A stretch of DNA of 64,000 nt from Capsulimonadaceae bacterium (GCA_965215505.1 OZ244065.1:2656001-2720000), one strand, 5' to 3'; positions 1-9,288 are shown, counted from the first letter of the stretch. Notes: a model not told the origin generated them from the sequence alone. Numbers and translations are program-made.

Positions 1-258
1 GATCCCGTGCAGGAGGGCGGCATATTCCAGGGTGCGCGTCCGAGCGAAGCCCATGCCGCGCCAGCGAGCCATCAGCACCACATAGCGCGCCGTCTTCTCG
101 GCGTGGCCGAGCAGGTGCGGCTCGCGCGCCTCGACGGCGCGGGCGATGGCGATGAATGTCTGCCGGTAGGAGTGGCGGATGCGCCACGGCAGGTAAAAAA
201 AGATGGCGAGCAGAGCGGAGGTGAAGGCCACGGCGGCCACGATGTCGAACAGCTTCAT
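1..258 (-). CDS. HD-GYP-like protein, N-terminal part only (runs off the window); HD motif degenerate
   Basis: Not in the ORF track. Manual translation from ATG at 258 (GGAGGT upstream) gives MKLFDIVAAVAFTSALLAIFFYLPWRIRHSYRQTFIAIARAVEAREPHLLGHAEKTARY...LEYAALLHGI. It has one TM helix and the HD-GYP entry motifs, but HG in place of HD. Confidence 0.8.
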   Translation of the reverse strand, partial: MKLFDIVAAVAFTSALLAIFFYLPWRIRHSYRQTFIAIARAVEAREPHLLGHAEKTARYVVLMARWRGMGFARTRTLEYAALLHGI

Positions 259-267
259 GGGAAGGCT

Positions 268-1731
268 CTAACCTCCCATCGCCGCGGCCATCGCACCCGA
301 GTGCGGCGGCACGGCCCAGAGCGAGTCGTCGGCGAGGCCCGGCTTGGGTGCGGGCTGCTGCCCGCTCTCTTCCAGCCGTCTCTCGCGCTGAAGGATGGTG
401 ATGAAGACCTCCACGACCTGCGCGTGGAACTGTGTCCCGGCATGGCGGCGCAGCTCGGCGATGGCGGCCTCCTGCGTCATCGGCTGTCGGTAGGGCCGCT
501 GGTCTTCCTTGGCCGGGCCACCCACCATGGCGTCGAAGGCATCCACAACGGAGATGATCATGGACTCGACCGGAATCTCGTCTTCCGCCAGGCCGTCCGG
601 GTAGCCCTTGCCGTCGGGCCGCTCGTGGTGGTGGCGTATCCAGTGTCCGACCCGGTCCATCACGCTCATCTGGATGACGAGGTCCGCGCCAGTGACCGGG
701 TGCAGGCGGATCATCGCCCAGTCGTCCTCCGTCAGTTTGCCCACCTTATTCAGCACGCGGTCGTCTACGGCGACCTTGCCGATGTCGTGCAGGATGGCGG
801 CGTCCTCGATGTGCTGCATGGAGGAGGCGGGCAGTTCCATGTCCTCGGCGATGCGCTTGGCCCAGTGCGCGACTCGGTGCAAGTGCCCGTGCGTGTACGG
901 GTGCGCCTCCTGCATGATGCGCCCCAGCAGATCCACCCCCTGCCTGTAGGCCGCCAGCGTCCGCTCGTGGGTCACCGCCGTCATCCGCAGGGCGTAGACC
1001 GGCACGATGATGAAGCCGATGCCCAGCCACTGGTTCTGGTCGTAGAGCATCGCGGTCAGGAGGCCGACGGGAGACATGAAAACGGCGCTTGAGAGCATCC
1101 AGCGCACGTTGTCATGCCAGATGATGTCCCAGCGCTTCCCCTGATAAGTGCTGACCAGAGTTGTGGTGATCAGCGTATTGACGATGAAGGCGAGCAGAGC
1201 GCAGAGGGGCAGCGCGAGACAGACACGCCAGTCCGGTGTTTCCCCAAGTCGAACACCGTTTTTAGAGAAACCCAGACGCTCTATCATCACATAAAGGAGC
1301 GCACTGCCGCCAAGCGAGATCACCTGTGTGGATATGTTAGGGATATAATACTTGATCTGGAACCGACGAGAGCGGGGGAGGCCGACGGACCCGCTCGCAA
1401 GCACCGAGACAGCGGCGGCGAGTACGACGGCAGTGGCCCCGTAAAGTCCGGCCATTGAAAAAAGGATGGGGATGACCGGGTAGGTGAACATCTTGCTGCC
1501 CGGCAGGCGTGCGGGCAGCAGACTGACGACAATGGCGAGCGCGGTCAGCACAGCCACGTTCGGTAGGACGCCCGGTGAGAGGGGGCTGTTCCAAACACAG
1601 AACAGAGCGACGAGCAGCGCCCCGCCGCCAAGCCAACGTCGCAAATAGGCGTAAGATTCCCGCGAAGGCTGGCCCAGCGGGGAGTCCGTCGTTTCCGGCT
1701 GTGGTTGTGCGATGGGCGAAGGCACTGACAT
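268..1731 (-). CDS. Multi-pass membrane HD-GYP domain protein (putative c-di-GMP phosphodiesterase)
   Basis: Several hydrophobic helices, then YTHGHLHRV, LHDIGK, HHHERPDGKGYPDGL, VDAFDAM and RPYR. Start taken at ATG 1731; the ORF extends to 1818. Confidence 0.9.
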   Translation of the reverse strand: MSVPSPIAQPQPETTDSPLGQPSRESYAYLRRWLGGGALLVALFCVWNSPLSPGVLPNVAVLTALAIVVSLLPARLPGSKMFTYPVIPILFSMAGLYGATAVVLAAAVSVLASGSVGLPRSRRFQIKYYIPNISTQVISLGGSALLYVMIERLGFSKNGVRLGETPDWRVCLALPLCALLAFIVNTLITTTLVSTYQGKRWDIIWHDNVRWMLSSAVFMSPVGLLTAMLYDQNQWLGIGFIIVPVYALRMTAVTHERTLAAYRQGVDLLGRIMQEAHPYTHGHLHRVAHWAKRIAEDMELPASSMQHIEDAAILHDIGKVAVDDRVLNKVGKLTEDDWAMIRLHPVTGADLVIQMSVMDRVGHWIRHHHERPDGKGYPDGLAEDEIPVESMIISVVDAFDAMVGGPAKEDQRPYRQPMTQEAAIAELRRHAGTQFHAQVVEVFITILQRERRLEESGQQPAPKPGLADDSLWAVPPHSGAMAAAMGG

Positions 1732-1912
1732 GAAAGATACAGCTATTCCTGCGGCTAACGAACGCCGTATTTCACGGGGCGGAGGGGCTTCCGGGTGAAT
1801 CTCGGCGGGACGCGCCATCTTCCTAAGATTTTATAAGGGCTGCTGGAGAAGAAAGGACATAACTCGCTCGAAGGTTAATCAGGCCACTGGCGCATGAACA
1901 AGCCGACAGTCG

Positions 1913-1933
1913 CCTGCAATTTATGATTGCAGG
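1913..1933 (-). terminator. Hairpin between the peptide ORF and the HD-GYP gene
   Basis: CCTGCAAT-ttatg-ATTGCAGG inverted repeat. Confidence 0.45.
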
Positions 1934-1943
1934 TATGTGTGAG

Positions 1944-2048
1944 CTAGTCCCAAGGCCAATGCACGATGACGCCGCAGCCGGTGATGGCGGTGGTTACGGT
2001 CTTGATGATGTGAGTGAGCTTCTTCAAGTTAGTATCCAGATTTGTCAC
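1944..2048 (-). CDS. Putative small (34 aa) signalling peptide ending in WPWD
   Basis: GTG start with GAGAG upstream; (M)TNLDTNLKKLTHIIKTVTTAITGCGVIVHWPWD*. It lies co-directionally between a conserved gene and the HD-GYP genes. Confidence 0.6.
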   Translation of the reverse strand: MTNLDTNLKKLTHIIKTVTTAITGCGVIVHWPWD

Positions 2049-2184
2049 GGACGTGCCGATCTCTCGGACATCGTTCCGTCTCCGCTCGTGAGGCCCCTCG
2101 GGCCTCGTTCGCCTCCAGCAGCCCAAACCGTATTCATTATTCCATTGTCACAGTGAAAATCACAGGGATTTTTTGTAGATTTTC

Positions 2185-2886
2185 CTAGAACTCGTCCTCC
2201 ATGAATGCCAGGCTCACGCGCCGGTTGACCGCGTCCAGCGTGGCATTGACGACGGCCTTCCAGACATCGTGGCGGACCAGAGCGGAGCCGGTCAGAAGCT
2301 CCTCGCCTTTGGGGGACGTCAGGGCACTGACAAGGACCGTCACCGCCTTACGACCGGCCAGCGGGACCTCGGTCTGCAAGTCTTCCACCACCATGGTCCC
2401 GTCCTGGTCGTGTGCGTCCTCGACGGCCCGGATCGCCGCCGTGGCGATCAGGCGCATCTGATTGTAGGAGGAGGCGTGGCCGATCGCGATGCCGGTAAAA
2501 AGGGCGTCCTCCCGCTTGAGGTGGACGATGGCTTCGCCGCGACTGCCGGTGACGGTGAGTGAGACGTCGGCGAAGCGCAGGCGGGGCAGCCCGGCCGTGC
2601 TGCCGCCGGCCAGGGCTGCGCGGCCCTGAGTCTGCGCGATGCTGATTTTCTTGTAGTCGAGTGCGATGTCCAGGTGTGCGCGCAGTGCCGATTCGATGTC
2701 CCGCGCGATCTGCTTGGGGGCGCGCTTGGGGTTGACCAGCACATGCAGCTCATCGATGTGGCCCGACGGCCCCAGGACGGCCCGCGTGGAGACGATGTCC
2801 TTGAGCTGACGCACGACGTCTTCGACCTGTTCGGCGGAAACGTAGCGGCGCGAGGTGGTCGCGAGGTCTCCGGGCGGCATATCCAA
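2185..2886 (-). CDS. Conserved hypothetical protein (ELHVL..RAPKQIARDIES family; C-terminal region resembles a LeuA-type regulatory fold)
   Basis: 233 aa ORF with good codon bias; motif IDELHVLVNPKRAPKQIARDIESAL..DYKKISIAQ. Confidence 0.75.
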   Translation of the reverse strand: MDMPPGDLATTSRRYVSAEQVEDVVRQLKDIVSTRAVLGPSGHIDELHVLVNPKRAPKQIARDIESALRAHLDIALDYKKISIAQTQGRAALAGGSTAGLPRLRFADVSLTVTGSRGEAIVHLKREDALFTGIAIGHASSYNQMRLIATAAIRAVEDAHDQDGTMVVEDLQTEVPLAGRKAVTVLVSALTSPKGEELLTGSALVRHDVWKAVVNATLDAVNRRVSLAFMEDEF

Positions 2887-3028
2887 AATGGGGCGCTCCT
2901 TAAAACTGCTCAGGATACGAAGGGACAGTAAAGTGAAGGGACGTTAAAGTGGCCGAACAGCCTGCACTTCTATTGTAACACGCATTGCGCCATTTCAGGC
3001 GGGACTTGTATGACAAGGAAAATTATTT

Positions 3029-3805
3029 TTACAGGCAGAGCGCGATCCCGACTGCGCCCAGGGTGCAGAGGGCGTTGACAACGTCGTTGTTGACGCCCCG
3101 CAGGCCACGGAGCGGCGGCCCCGGCTGGGGCCGCTCGGTGAACAGACCGGGTCGGAGCGGGTCGGGCCAGCGGGCCTGCACGGTCGCCCCGAGCAGGCTG
3201 TCCAGCAGTGACCCGGCCAGCCCCGCTGCGGTCACCACGCCCCAGCCTGTCCCGCCACCCGCGAACAGCCCGAGGAGGGCGGCCCCGGCCAGCGCGGCCA
3301 GCGTCCCCGGCAGGCTCACCGCACCCGAGGTGCCCGGCGGGGCGGGGCGTGCCGTCCGCAGGTCGTAAGGGCGTCCGCCGAGGGCGGACCCGATCTCCGT
3401 CGCCCAGGTGTCGGCGTTGGCGGCGGCAAGGGCGGCCAGGAACAGCAGGTGCGCGTGTCCCGCGCCGGCCTTCGGGACCGCAGCCGGCAGAAGGGCGCAC
3501 AGCGCGGCCACGCCGCCGTTCGCCAGCACCTGCCCGGCGTCGCGCCGCCCGCCCTTCTCGTAGCCCAGCCGCTCCTTCGTGCCGCGCCGCCAGCGGCTCA
3601 GGGCGGTGGAGGTGCCGAAGAACGTCAGCAGGGCCGCGGCCCAAGCCCAGCCGCCGACCCCGAAGATGACCGCCCCGACGCCCCAGGCCGCTAGAGCGCC
3701 GCTCCGCGTCAGCGCCCCCGCCCGGTAGGCGAGGGCCGCGACGGCGGCGGCGAGGAGGAGGCCGAGGAGCATCTGAGCGGGCAAGGATTGATGAAGAGGG
3801 GGCAT
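3029..3805 (-). CDS. DUF92/TMEM19 family membrane protein
   Basis: Motifs KGGRRDAGQVLANGG, ADTWATEIG, GTSGAVS, DSLLGATVQ, NNDVVN. Confidence 0.9.
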   Translation of the reverse strand: MPPLHQSLPAQMLLGLLLAAAVAALAYRAGALTRSGALAAWGVGAVIFGVGGWAWAAALLTFFGTSTALSRWRRGTKERLGYEKGGRRDAGQVLANGGVAALCALLPAAVPKAGAGHAHLLFLAALAAANADTWATEIGSALGGRPYDLRTARPAPPGTSGAVSLPGTLAALAGAALLGLFAGGGTGWGVVTAAGLAGSLLDSLLGATVQARWPDPLRPGLFTERPQPGPPLRGLRGVNNDVVNALCTLGAVGIALCL

Positions 3806-3828
3806 GGCAGTTCCCCGGCTTTGGATGG

Positions 3829-4020
3829 ACACGGGGCTGAACCCCCGTGCTTTAGCCTTGCAAGCCCCCGCCTGCGCGGGCGCAGCAAGATAAAGAGGGC
3901 GCAGCAAGATAAAGAGGGCGCGGCAAGATAAAGAGGGCGCGGCAAGCAGCGCCCCTACCTCTCTTATGCCCGCGAAGGCGGGAGTTTGCTTTACCGAAGC
4001 ACGGGGGTTCAGCCCTGTGT
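3829..4020. repeat. Composite REP cluster: inverted ACGGGG..AA.CCC.GTG palindromes flanking a 19-bp tandem x3 and a GTAG-type REP (3935-3958)
   Basis: (GC[A/G]GCAAGATAAAGAGGGC)x3 followed by GCGGCAAGCAGCGCCCCTAC. Confidence 0.8.
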
Positions 4021-4024
4021 CTCC

Positions 4025-4615
4025 TCACTTGCGCGAGACATACGGGCTGCCCGCCACATAGTACCGCAGGGGCAGGTCCACGCCCTGCGTGATGCCGATG
4101 CGGGTCGTCGTGACCATCTCGAACGGCGGGTACTCGCAGGGCACCACCAGCAGCTCACCGGCCGGGTCGGTCAGGTCCGCGTTATTATGCGCCAGCCGGG
4201 TCAGGGCCAATGCCTGTGCCAATTTGCCCGGCCCGTTTGTGAGCTGCCGCGTCTCCGCCATACCGCCTCGGTTCAGGCGCATCGCCTCGACGCCCTCGAC
4301 CGGCTCCAGAGCGCGGATCAGGACCGCCTCCGCCGTGCCTTCGGGCGCGCAGACGAGGTTGAGCATCATGTGGAGGCCGTAGGTGAAGTAGACGTAGGCA
4401 TGACCCGGCGGCCCGAACATCGCGCTGTTGCGCGGCGTCCGCCCCCGGTAGGCGTGGCAGGCCGGGTCGTCCTTTAGGTACGCCTCGGTTTCTACGATAA
4501 TGCCCGACAGAGTCTCGCCCGTGGGAAGGCGGCGCGTCACGGTCTGTCCAAGCAGCTTCTGCGCCGCCGCCCGCGTGTCTTGCAGATAAAACTCACGCGG
4601 GAGCGGGGCTACCAC
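4025..4615 (-). CDS. mpg: DNA-3-methyladenine glycosylase (MPG/AAG family)
   Basis: IVETEAY, MFGPPGHAYVYFTYGLH, AVLIRALEP, LTNGPGKL, TRIGI; GTG start overlaps the upstream stop. Confidence 0.93.
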   Translation of the reverse strand: MVAPLPREFYLQDTRAAAQKLLGQTVTRRLPTGETLSGIIVETEAYLKDDPACHAYRGRTPRNSAMFGPPGHAYVYFTYGLHMMLNLVCAPEGTAEAVLIRALEPVEGVEAMRLNRGGMAETRQLTNGPGKLAQALALTRLAHNNADLTDPAGELLVVPCEYPPFEMVTTTRIGITQGVDLPLRYYVAGSPYVSRK

Positions 4616-4974
4616 GGCGACTCGATCTCCGCCCCGTCTTCCTCGGCGGCGGGCGTGGCGGCGACCAGCTCCGGTACGGCAGTGGGCGGGGCGGCCTTCA
4701 CCGCCTCTTCGGCTTTCAGCCTTTCGTAGAGGGCGCACGTCCCCGTCGCAAGTATCTCCTGCGTCTTGCCGACGATGGCCTCCCCGAAGCCGGAGATTTT
4801 CTTCAGCTCGCCCCGCGCATTGATGTCGGCGGCCGGCTCACGGAGATTCTCCAGAGTGCGGACGGCGTTCCGATAGGCGCGCACCTTGAACGGGTTCTCA
4901 CCCTGCCCTTCCAATATGTTCGCGATCTGCTCAAAAACGTCCGCGACTTCGGCGTTCGTGGGTGTGTGGTCCAT
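4609..4974 (-). CDS. Stand-alone PolX N-terminal (8-kDa, helix-hairpin-helix) domain protein
   Basis: NAEVADVFEQIANILEGQGENPFKVRAYRNAVRTL...ISGFGEAIVGKTQEILATG; no polymerase or PHP domain follows. Confidence 0.85.
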   Translation of the reverse strand: MDHTPTNAEVADVFEQIANILEGQGENPFKVRAYRNAVRTLENLREPAADINARGELKKISGFGEAIVGKTQEILATGTCALYERLKAEEAVKAAPPTAVPELVAATPAAEEDGAEIESPW

Positions 4975-5037
4975 GCTGGCTATTTACCCGTTTGCGGGGC
5001 ATTCATACGTCCGTGCCCTTCCTATCCGTCCGCGCCC

Positions 5038-7179
5038 CTATCTCAGATGCAGCAGCGAGTAGGCGATCAGCAGGCCCGTCCCGCCGATGATCCAGCGCCA
5101 GAGCTGCCAGCGCCCCCACCCCTGCGGGCTGAGGGCCAGCGCGAAGGTCTGCAAGACCAGCAGGACGACGATGGGAGTCACGGTTTCCACCAATGCCAGG
5201 TGTGCCGAAGCCGTATTCCCGCCGAAGTTCTGGGCCGTCCGCCAGGCGCACCAGGCGTTCAAGCCGGCTAGGCCCAGCGGGAGCAGGCGCGGGGGCCAGG
5301 CGAGGTCGGCGGCGAAGGTCAGGGCGAACAGGGCCAGGAAGAGCAGGCCGCTGGCGACGAAGCCCGGCTGCCACCCGTGGCCCAGGCCGGAGTGGGAGAG
5401 GTGCGCGTACAGGCCGACGGCGGCGGGCAGGGCGGCGCAGAGCAGCAGGGGCAGATACCACAAGCCGATGCGCGTCCAGGACAGACGGGCCGGCAGGATA
5501 CTGGCCGAGACGGCGATCTCCTGGCGGCCTCCCGAGGTTTCCAGGACCACGGTTTCCTGGTAGGCGGCGGGGGCGGCCAGGACGGCGTCCGTCTGGGCGG
5601 TGAGCGTTAGTGTCTGCCGCTTGCGCGTCGAGAAGGCGGGCGGCTCGACCCGGACCCAGCCGGGCGCGGCGGCGACGCGGCCCTCCAGGACGCCCCCGCC
5701 CTCGCTGCTCAGGGTCAGCCGGCAGGCCCGGCTCTGGCCCCGGCGCAGGACGCCGAAGTCTACGCGCGAGTCGCTGAGGACGACGGCCGCCCCGGCGAGG
5801 GCGGCGTGTTCCCGGACCAGCTTCCGGGCGGTGGGGTGGGCGGCCAAAGCCCCTTCCAGAACGAGCGCGGCCCCGGCCGTGTCGCCGGTCGCGCGCAGGG
5901 CGGCGGCCAGCTCTTGCGGGTATTCGGGGCGGGTCGGGTCGAGACGGGCGGCCCGGCGCAGCAGGGGGACCGCCTCGGAGAAGTAGCGCCCGCCGCGCGC
6001 CAGCCGCTGGCCCTCGCCGAAGGCGCGGCGGGCCTCATCGGCGGTTTCCATGCCGGCCCGGTAGAGGAAGTCGCGCAGCTTGTCGTCATCATCCCGGTCC
6101 GCGTCCCGCGCCACGTCCTCGGCGACGGCGGCGAGGGGGTCCTCGCCGACCGCGCGGAGCCAGCGGGCCAGCGCGCCGCCGACGAGCGCCTCGCGGGACG
6201 CCTCCCAGCGGTCGGGGGCGTGGGCGAGGAAGACGTCGATGTCGGCGACGCCGTCCGGGAAGCCGGACAGGGTCGGCGGCGCACCCATCGGGACGGGCGG
6301 GGTGGCGTAGACCGCTGCATGAACGGAGGACGCGGGGCCGGTCCCCGTAGGGGCGGGGTTCCCCCGCCCTTCCTGTGCCGGTTGCAGTGCGCGCAGGTCG
6401 GCGGCCATGGACGCCGCGTCGCGGTAGCGGGCGGACTTGTCGCGAGCCAGGGCGTAGGAGACGATGGCTTCAAGCTGCGGCGGCAGATCGGGCCGGAGCG
6501 TGTGGGCGGGGACGACGGGGTCGTTCTCGATGGCCCGCTTCCAGGCGAACGGGTCTTTGGACTTGGGCACCTGGAAGGGACGCCGGCCCGTCAGCATCTC
6601 GTAGAGGATGACGCCGACGGCCCAGATGTCCGATTGTCGGTCGGAATGCTCCTCGGGGTGGAAGTCCTCGGGGGCCATGTAGGCGTAGGTGCCCGCGCCT
6701 CCCGCGAACGAGTGCGTCCCCAGCACTTCGGCCAGGCCGAAGTCCACCAGCTTGACCACGCCCTCGCGGGTCAGCAGGATGTTGGCGGGCTTGATGTCCC
6801 GGTGAACGGTGCGGCGGGAGTGGGCGTAAGCCAGACCGTCGCAGATCTGGGCGGCGATGTCGAGGGCCTGGGGGATGGGGAGCTGCGGGGTTTCGCGCAG
6901 GACGTCCTGGAGGTTGCGCCCCCGGATGTACTCCATGTCAATGACGACCTTGCCGCCGATCTCGTCCACGCTGTTGACCTGGACGATGTTCGGGTGGCGC
7001 AGTCGGTCCAGCACGCGGGCCTCTTCCAGAAACCGGTGCTTTTCTTCCCCTTGGGCTGAAATTTCTTTCAGGGCGACCTGTTTACCCAGCAGCGTGTCTT
7101 TGGCGAGGTAGACGATGCCGGACGTCCCGTGCCCCAGCACGTCCAGCCGCTCGTATTTGCCCAGCATCTCCAGAGGCAT
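5038..7179 (-). CDS. Hanks-type Ser/Thr protein kinase with TPR-like and Ig/BACON-like regions and C-terminal TM helices
   Basis: LGHGTSGIVY, VALKE, HRDIKPANIL, DFG, YMAPE, DIWAVG. Confidence 0.92.
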   Translation of the reverse strand: MPLEMLGKYERLDVLGHGTSGIVYLAKDTLLGKQVALKEISAQGEEKHRFLEEARVLDRLRHPNIVQVNSVDEIGGKVVIDMEYIRGRNLQDVLRETPQLPIPQALDIAAQICDGLAYAHSRRTVHRDIKPANILLTREGVVKLVDFGLAEVLGTHSFAGGAGTYAYMAPEDFHPEEHSDRQSDIWAVGVILYEMLTGRRPFQVPKSKDPFAWKRAIENDPVVPAHTLRPDLPPQLEAIVSYALARDKSARYRDAASMAADLRALQPAQEGRGNPAPTGTGPASSVHAAVYATPPVPMGAPPTLSGFPDGVADIDVFLAHAPDRWEASREALVGGALARWLRAVGEDPLAAVAEDVARDADRDDDDKLRDFLYRAGMETADEARRAFGEGQRLARGGRYFSEAVPLLRRAARLDPTRPEYPQELAAALRATGDTAGAALVLEGALAAHPTARKLVREHAALAGAAVVLSDSRVDFGVLRRGQSRACRLTLSSEGGGVLEGRVAAAPGWVRVEPPAFSTRKRQTLTLTAQTDAVLAAPAAYQETVVLETSGGRQEIAVSASILPARLSWTRIGLWYLPLLLCAALPAAVGLYAHLSHSGLGHGWQPGFVASGLLFLALFALTFAADLAWPPRLLPLGLAGLNAWCAWRTAQNFGGNTASAHLALVETVTPIVVLLVLQTFALALSPQGWGRWQLWRWIIGGTGLLIAYSLLHLR

Positions 7180-7190
7180 CGGGAACCCTC

Positions 7191-8855
7191 CTAGAGCTGG
7201 CCCCCGCCGCGCCGGTAGCCGTAGTGGCGATACCCGTAGTGGCGGAAGTGACGGCCGCCGGACGCGGGGGCGGCGGGCACAGCCTCGGCGGGCGGCAGTG
7301 CCGGGAGCAGGGAGGCGGCGGGCGCGGCCGGCTTGGGTGCAGGGGCGGGGATGGGCGGCAGCGGCGTGGTAGACGGGTGCGCGTGCAGGACCTTCAGCCG
7401 CTCGGCGTCAATGAGGTAGATCGTGCCGTCCCCGGCCACGCCGATCGCCTGGGGATTGAGGAGCGTCTTGGGCTTGCCGGGCGTGTTGCGGGCGACGAGG
7501 CCCAACGGGACGCCGTTCGGGCTGTACTTGGTGATCGTCTTGGCGAGGGCGTCCGACACATACAGGTCGCCCAGCGGGTCGGTCGCCGTGTGCAGCGTGA
7601 CGCCGTTCGCCCCCAATGCCCCGGCGGGGGCGGGTGCCTGGGGCTTGATGAAGGGCAGGGCGTACTTGTAACGCACGCCGTCCGCCCCGAGCGCGACCAT
7701 TGTGCCGGAGAGGGTCGCGGCCGTCACCAGGCCGCTCTGCGCGCTGACCGTCAGGAAGCCGCCACGCACGGGGTTGAAGTAGAAGGCGGTTGGGGCGTCA
7801 TAGGCGACATGGGCCGGGTCGAGCGGCTTGGGCGCGGGCGGCGGGGTTGGCCGGACGGCGAAGGGCGGGGCGGCCCGGAACGTGTACCCGTCATGGGCCA
7901 TGAGGCGGGCCAGCCAGCCGGTCGCGGTCGCGCCAGCCGCCAGGAACAGGACGGCGAGGATCGGCCACAGGACCGACCCGCGCCGGCGGGCGGGCAGCGC
8001 GGCGGGGGCGAGGCCGTCGTCCTCGTCCTCCGCCTCTTCCTCGCGGCGCATGTCGCCGGGCCGGGCGAGGTCGGCGACCTGCATCCGCAGAGTGCGCGTG
8101 CCGGCCTGGAGGCGGGCGACGACGGCGGTGATGTTGTCCTTGCCGCCGTTCCGGTTCGCCATCCCGACGAGCTTGTCGGCGGCGTTCTGCGGGGATGCGG
8201 ACTGCGCCAAAGTGCGCGCGATGTCCTCCTCGTCCACCATGTTGCTCAGGCCGTCGGTGCAGAGCAGGAGGGTGTCGCCGGGGCGGACCTCGGCGTCCGT
8301 GACCTCGGCCTCCAGGGTCGGCTCGATGCCGACGGCGCGGGTGATGATGTTGCGGAAGCGGGACTTGCGCGCGCCCTCCTCGGTGATCGCCCCGGCCCGC
8401 ACCTGCTCGGCGACATAGGAGTGGTCGGCGGTGAGCTGGATCAAAGCGCCCTCGCGCAGCAGGTAGGCGCGGCTGTCCCCGGCGTGGGCCACATACACCC
8501 GCTCGCCCTCGATGACGGCGGCGACGCAGGTCGTCCCCATCCCCTTGCGGTCGTCATCGGCGCTCGCCAGCTCGTAGACGCGGGCGTTGGCTTTCCGCAG
8601 GGCGGAGGCGAGGACGTCCGCCATGACGACCTCGCCGCCGTCTCGGCTGTCCAGCATCTCGGCCAGCGACTCCTCGACGGTCTCCACGGCGGCGGCGGCG
8701 GCCTGCTCGCCGAAGGAGCGCCCGCCCATGCCGTCGGCGATGATCAGGACTCCGTCGGCCCGCATCCCGCGCCGGCGCGTGTCCACGACGGAGAACTGGT
8801 CCTCATTGTTGGGCCGCTGCCCCTTGTCTGTTTTCGCTCCCGCACTGACATTCAT
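7191..8855 (-). CDS. Stp1/PP2C-family Ser/Thr phosphatase with a TM helix and C-terminal NHL-like domain
   Basis: RPNNED, IADGMGG, GMGTT, AHAGDSRAY, LLCTDGL, GGKDNIT; TM WPILAVLFLAAG; LNPQAIGVAGDGTIYLID. Confidence 0.92.
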   Translation of the reverse strand: MNVSAGAKTDKGQRPNNEDQFSVVDTRRRGMRADGVLIIADGMGGRSFGEQAAAAAVETVEESLAEMLDSRDGGEVVMADVLASALRKANARVYELASADDDRKGMGTTCVAAVIEGERVYVAHAGDSRAYLLREGALIQLTADHSYVAEQVRAGAITEEGARKSRFRNIITRAVGIEPTLEAEVTDAEVRPGDTLLLCTDGLSNMVDEEDIARTLAQSASPQNAADKLVGMANRNGGKDNITAVVARLQAGTRTLRMQVADLARPGDMRREEEAEDEDDGLAPAALPARRRGSVLWPILAVLFLAAGATATGWLARLMAHDGYTFRAAPPFAVRPTPPPAPKPLDPAHVAYDAPTAFYFNPVRGGFLTVSAQSGLVTAATLSGTMVALGADGVRYKYALPFIKPQAPAPAGALGANGVTLHTATDPLGDLYVSDALAKTITKYSPNGVPLGLVARNTPGKPKTLLNPQAIGVAGDGTIYLIDAERLKVLHAHPSTTPLPPIPAPAPKPAAPAASLLPALPPAEAVPAAPASGGRHFRHYGYRHYGYRRGGGQL

Positions 8856-9042
8856 AGGTGTAGGCTTAGTATAACCGCTGGGGGCGGAAAAGGCAAGGGG
8901 CACTGCCCTTGAAGACAGGCGCGCTCGAAGGGCGGCCCCTTCACAGGATGCTTGTTTAGGGATGCGCGTGGGGCTTCGGATGCCATGCAAACCGACAGCG
9001 GAGCGCGCTATTCCTTACCAGGAACTATTTTCAAGGGAACAC

Positions 9043-9071
9043 TTGACAAAGGTTGTAGGGTTCGCTATAAT
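9043..9071 (+). promoter_or_regulatory. Consensus sigma70-type promoter
   Basis: TTGACA (9043) - 17 bp - TATAAT (9066). Confidence 0.85.
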
Positions 9072-9119
9072 TGCTAATATCTCCTCTGGGTCGCACCCCC
9101 TTTAGCTGACCCACTCCTC

Positions 9120-9224
9120 AACCGAGCGCTCTCGCACCAACCGAGCGCTCTCGCACCAACCGAGCGCTCTCGCACCAACCGAGCGCTCTCGCACCAACCG
9201 AGCGCTCTCGCACCAACCGAGCGC
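9120..9224. repeat. 19-bp tandem repeat, 5 copies plus a partial
   Basis: Unit AACCGAGCGCTCTCGCACC. Confidence 0.95.
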
Positions 9225-9288
9225 ATACGGCACGTTGTATGCGTTCCCGACAAGTTCTCGCTTTCTGCTGACTTGAAAGGAAACGCTC

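Noticed and set aside
7-1092. Long ORFs antisense to recognised genes (also 7224-8912, 35999-37621, 46244-48079, 51164-52732, 57968-59359)
   Set aside because: These are shadow ORFs caused by high-GC codon bias; the opposite strand carries clear family motifs.
1819-2184. c-di-GMP riboswitch near the HD-GYP genes
   Set aside because: No convincing GEMM-type structure by eye; a covariance-model search would be needed.
9120-9224. Tandem arrays here and at 20091, 48317 and 61291 as CRISPR arrays
   Set aside because: The units are directly adjacent with no unique spacers, and there are no cas genes.
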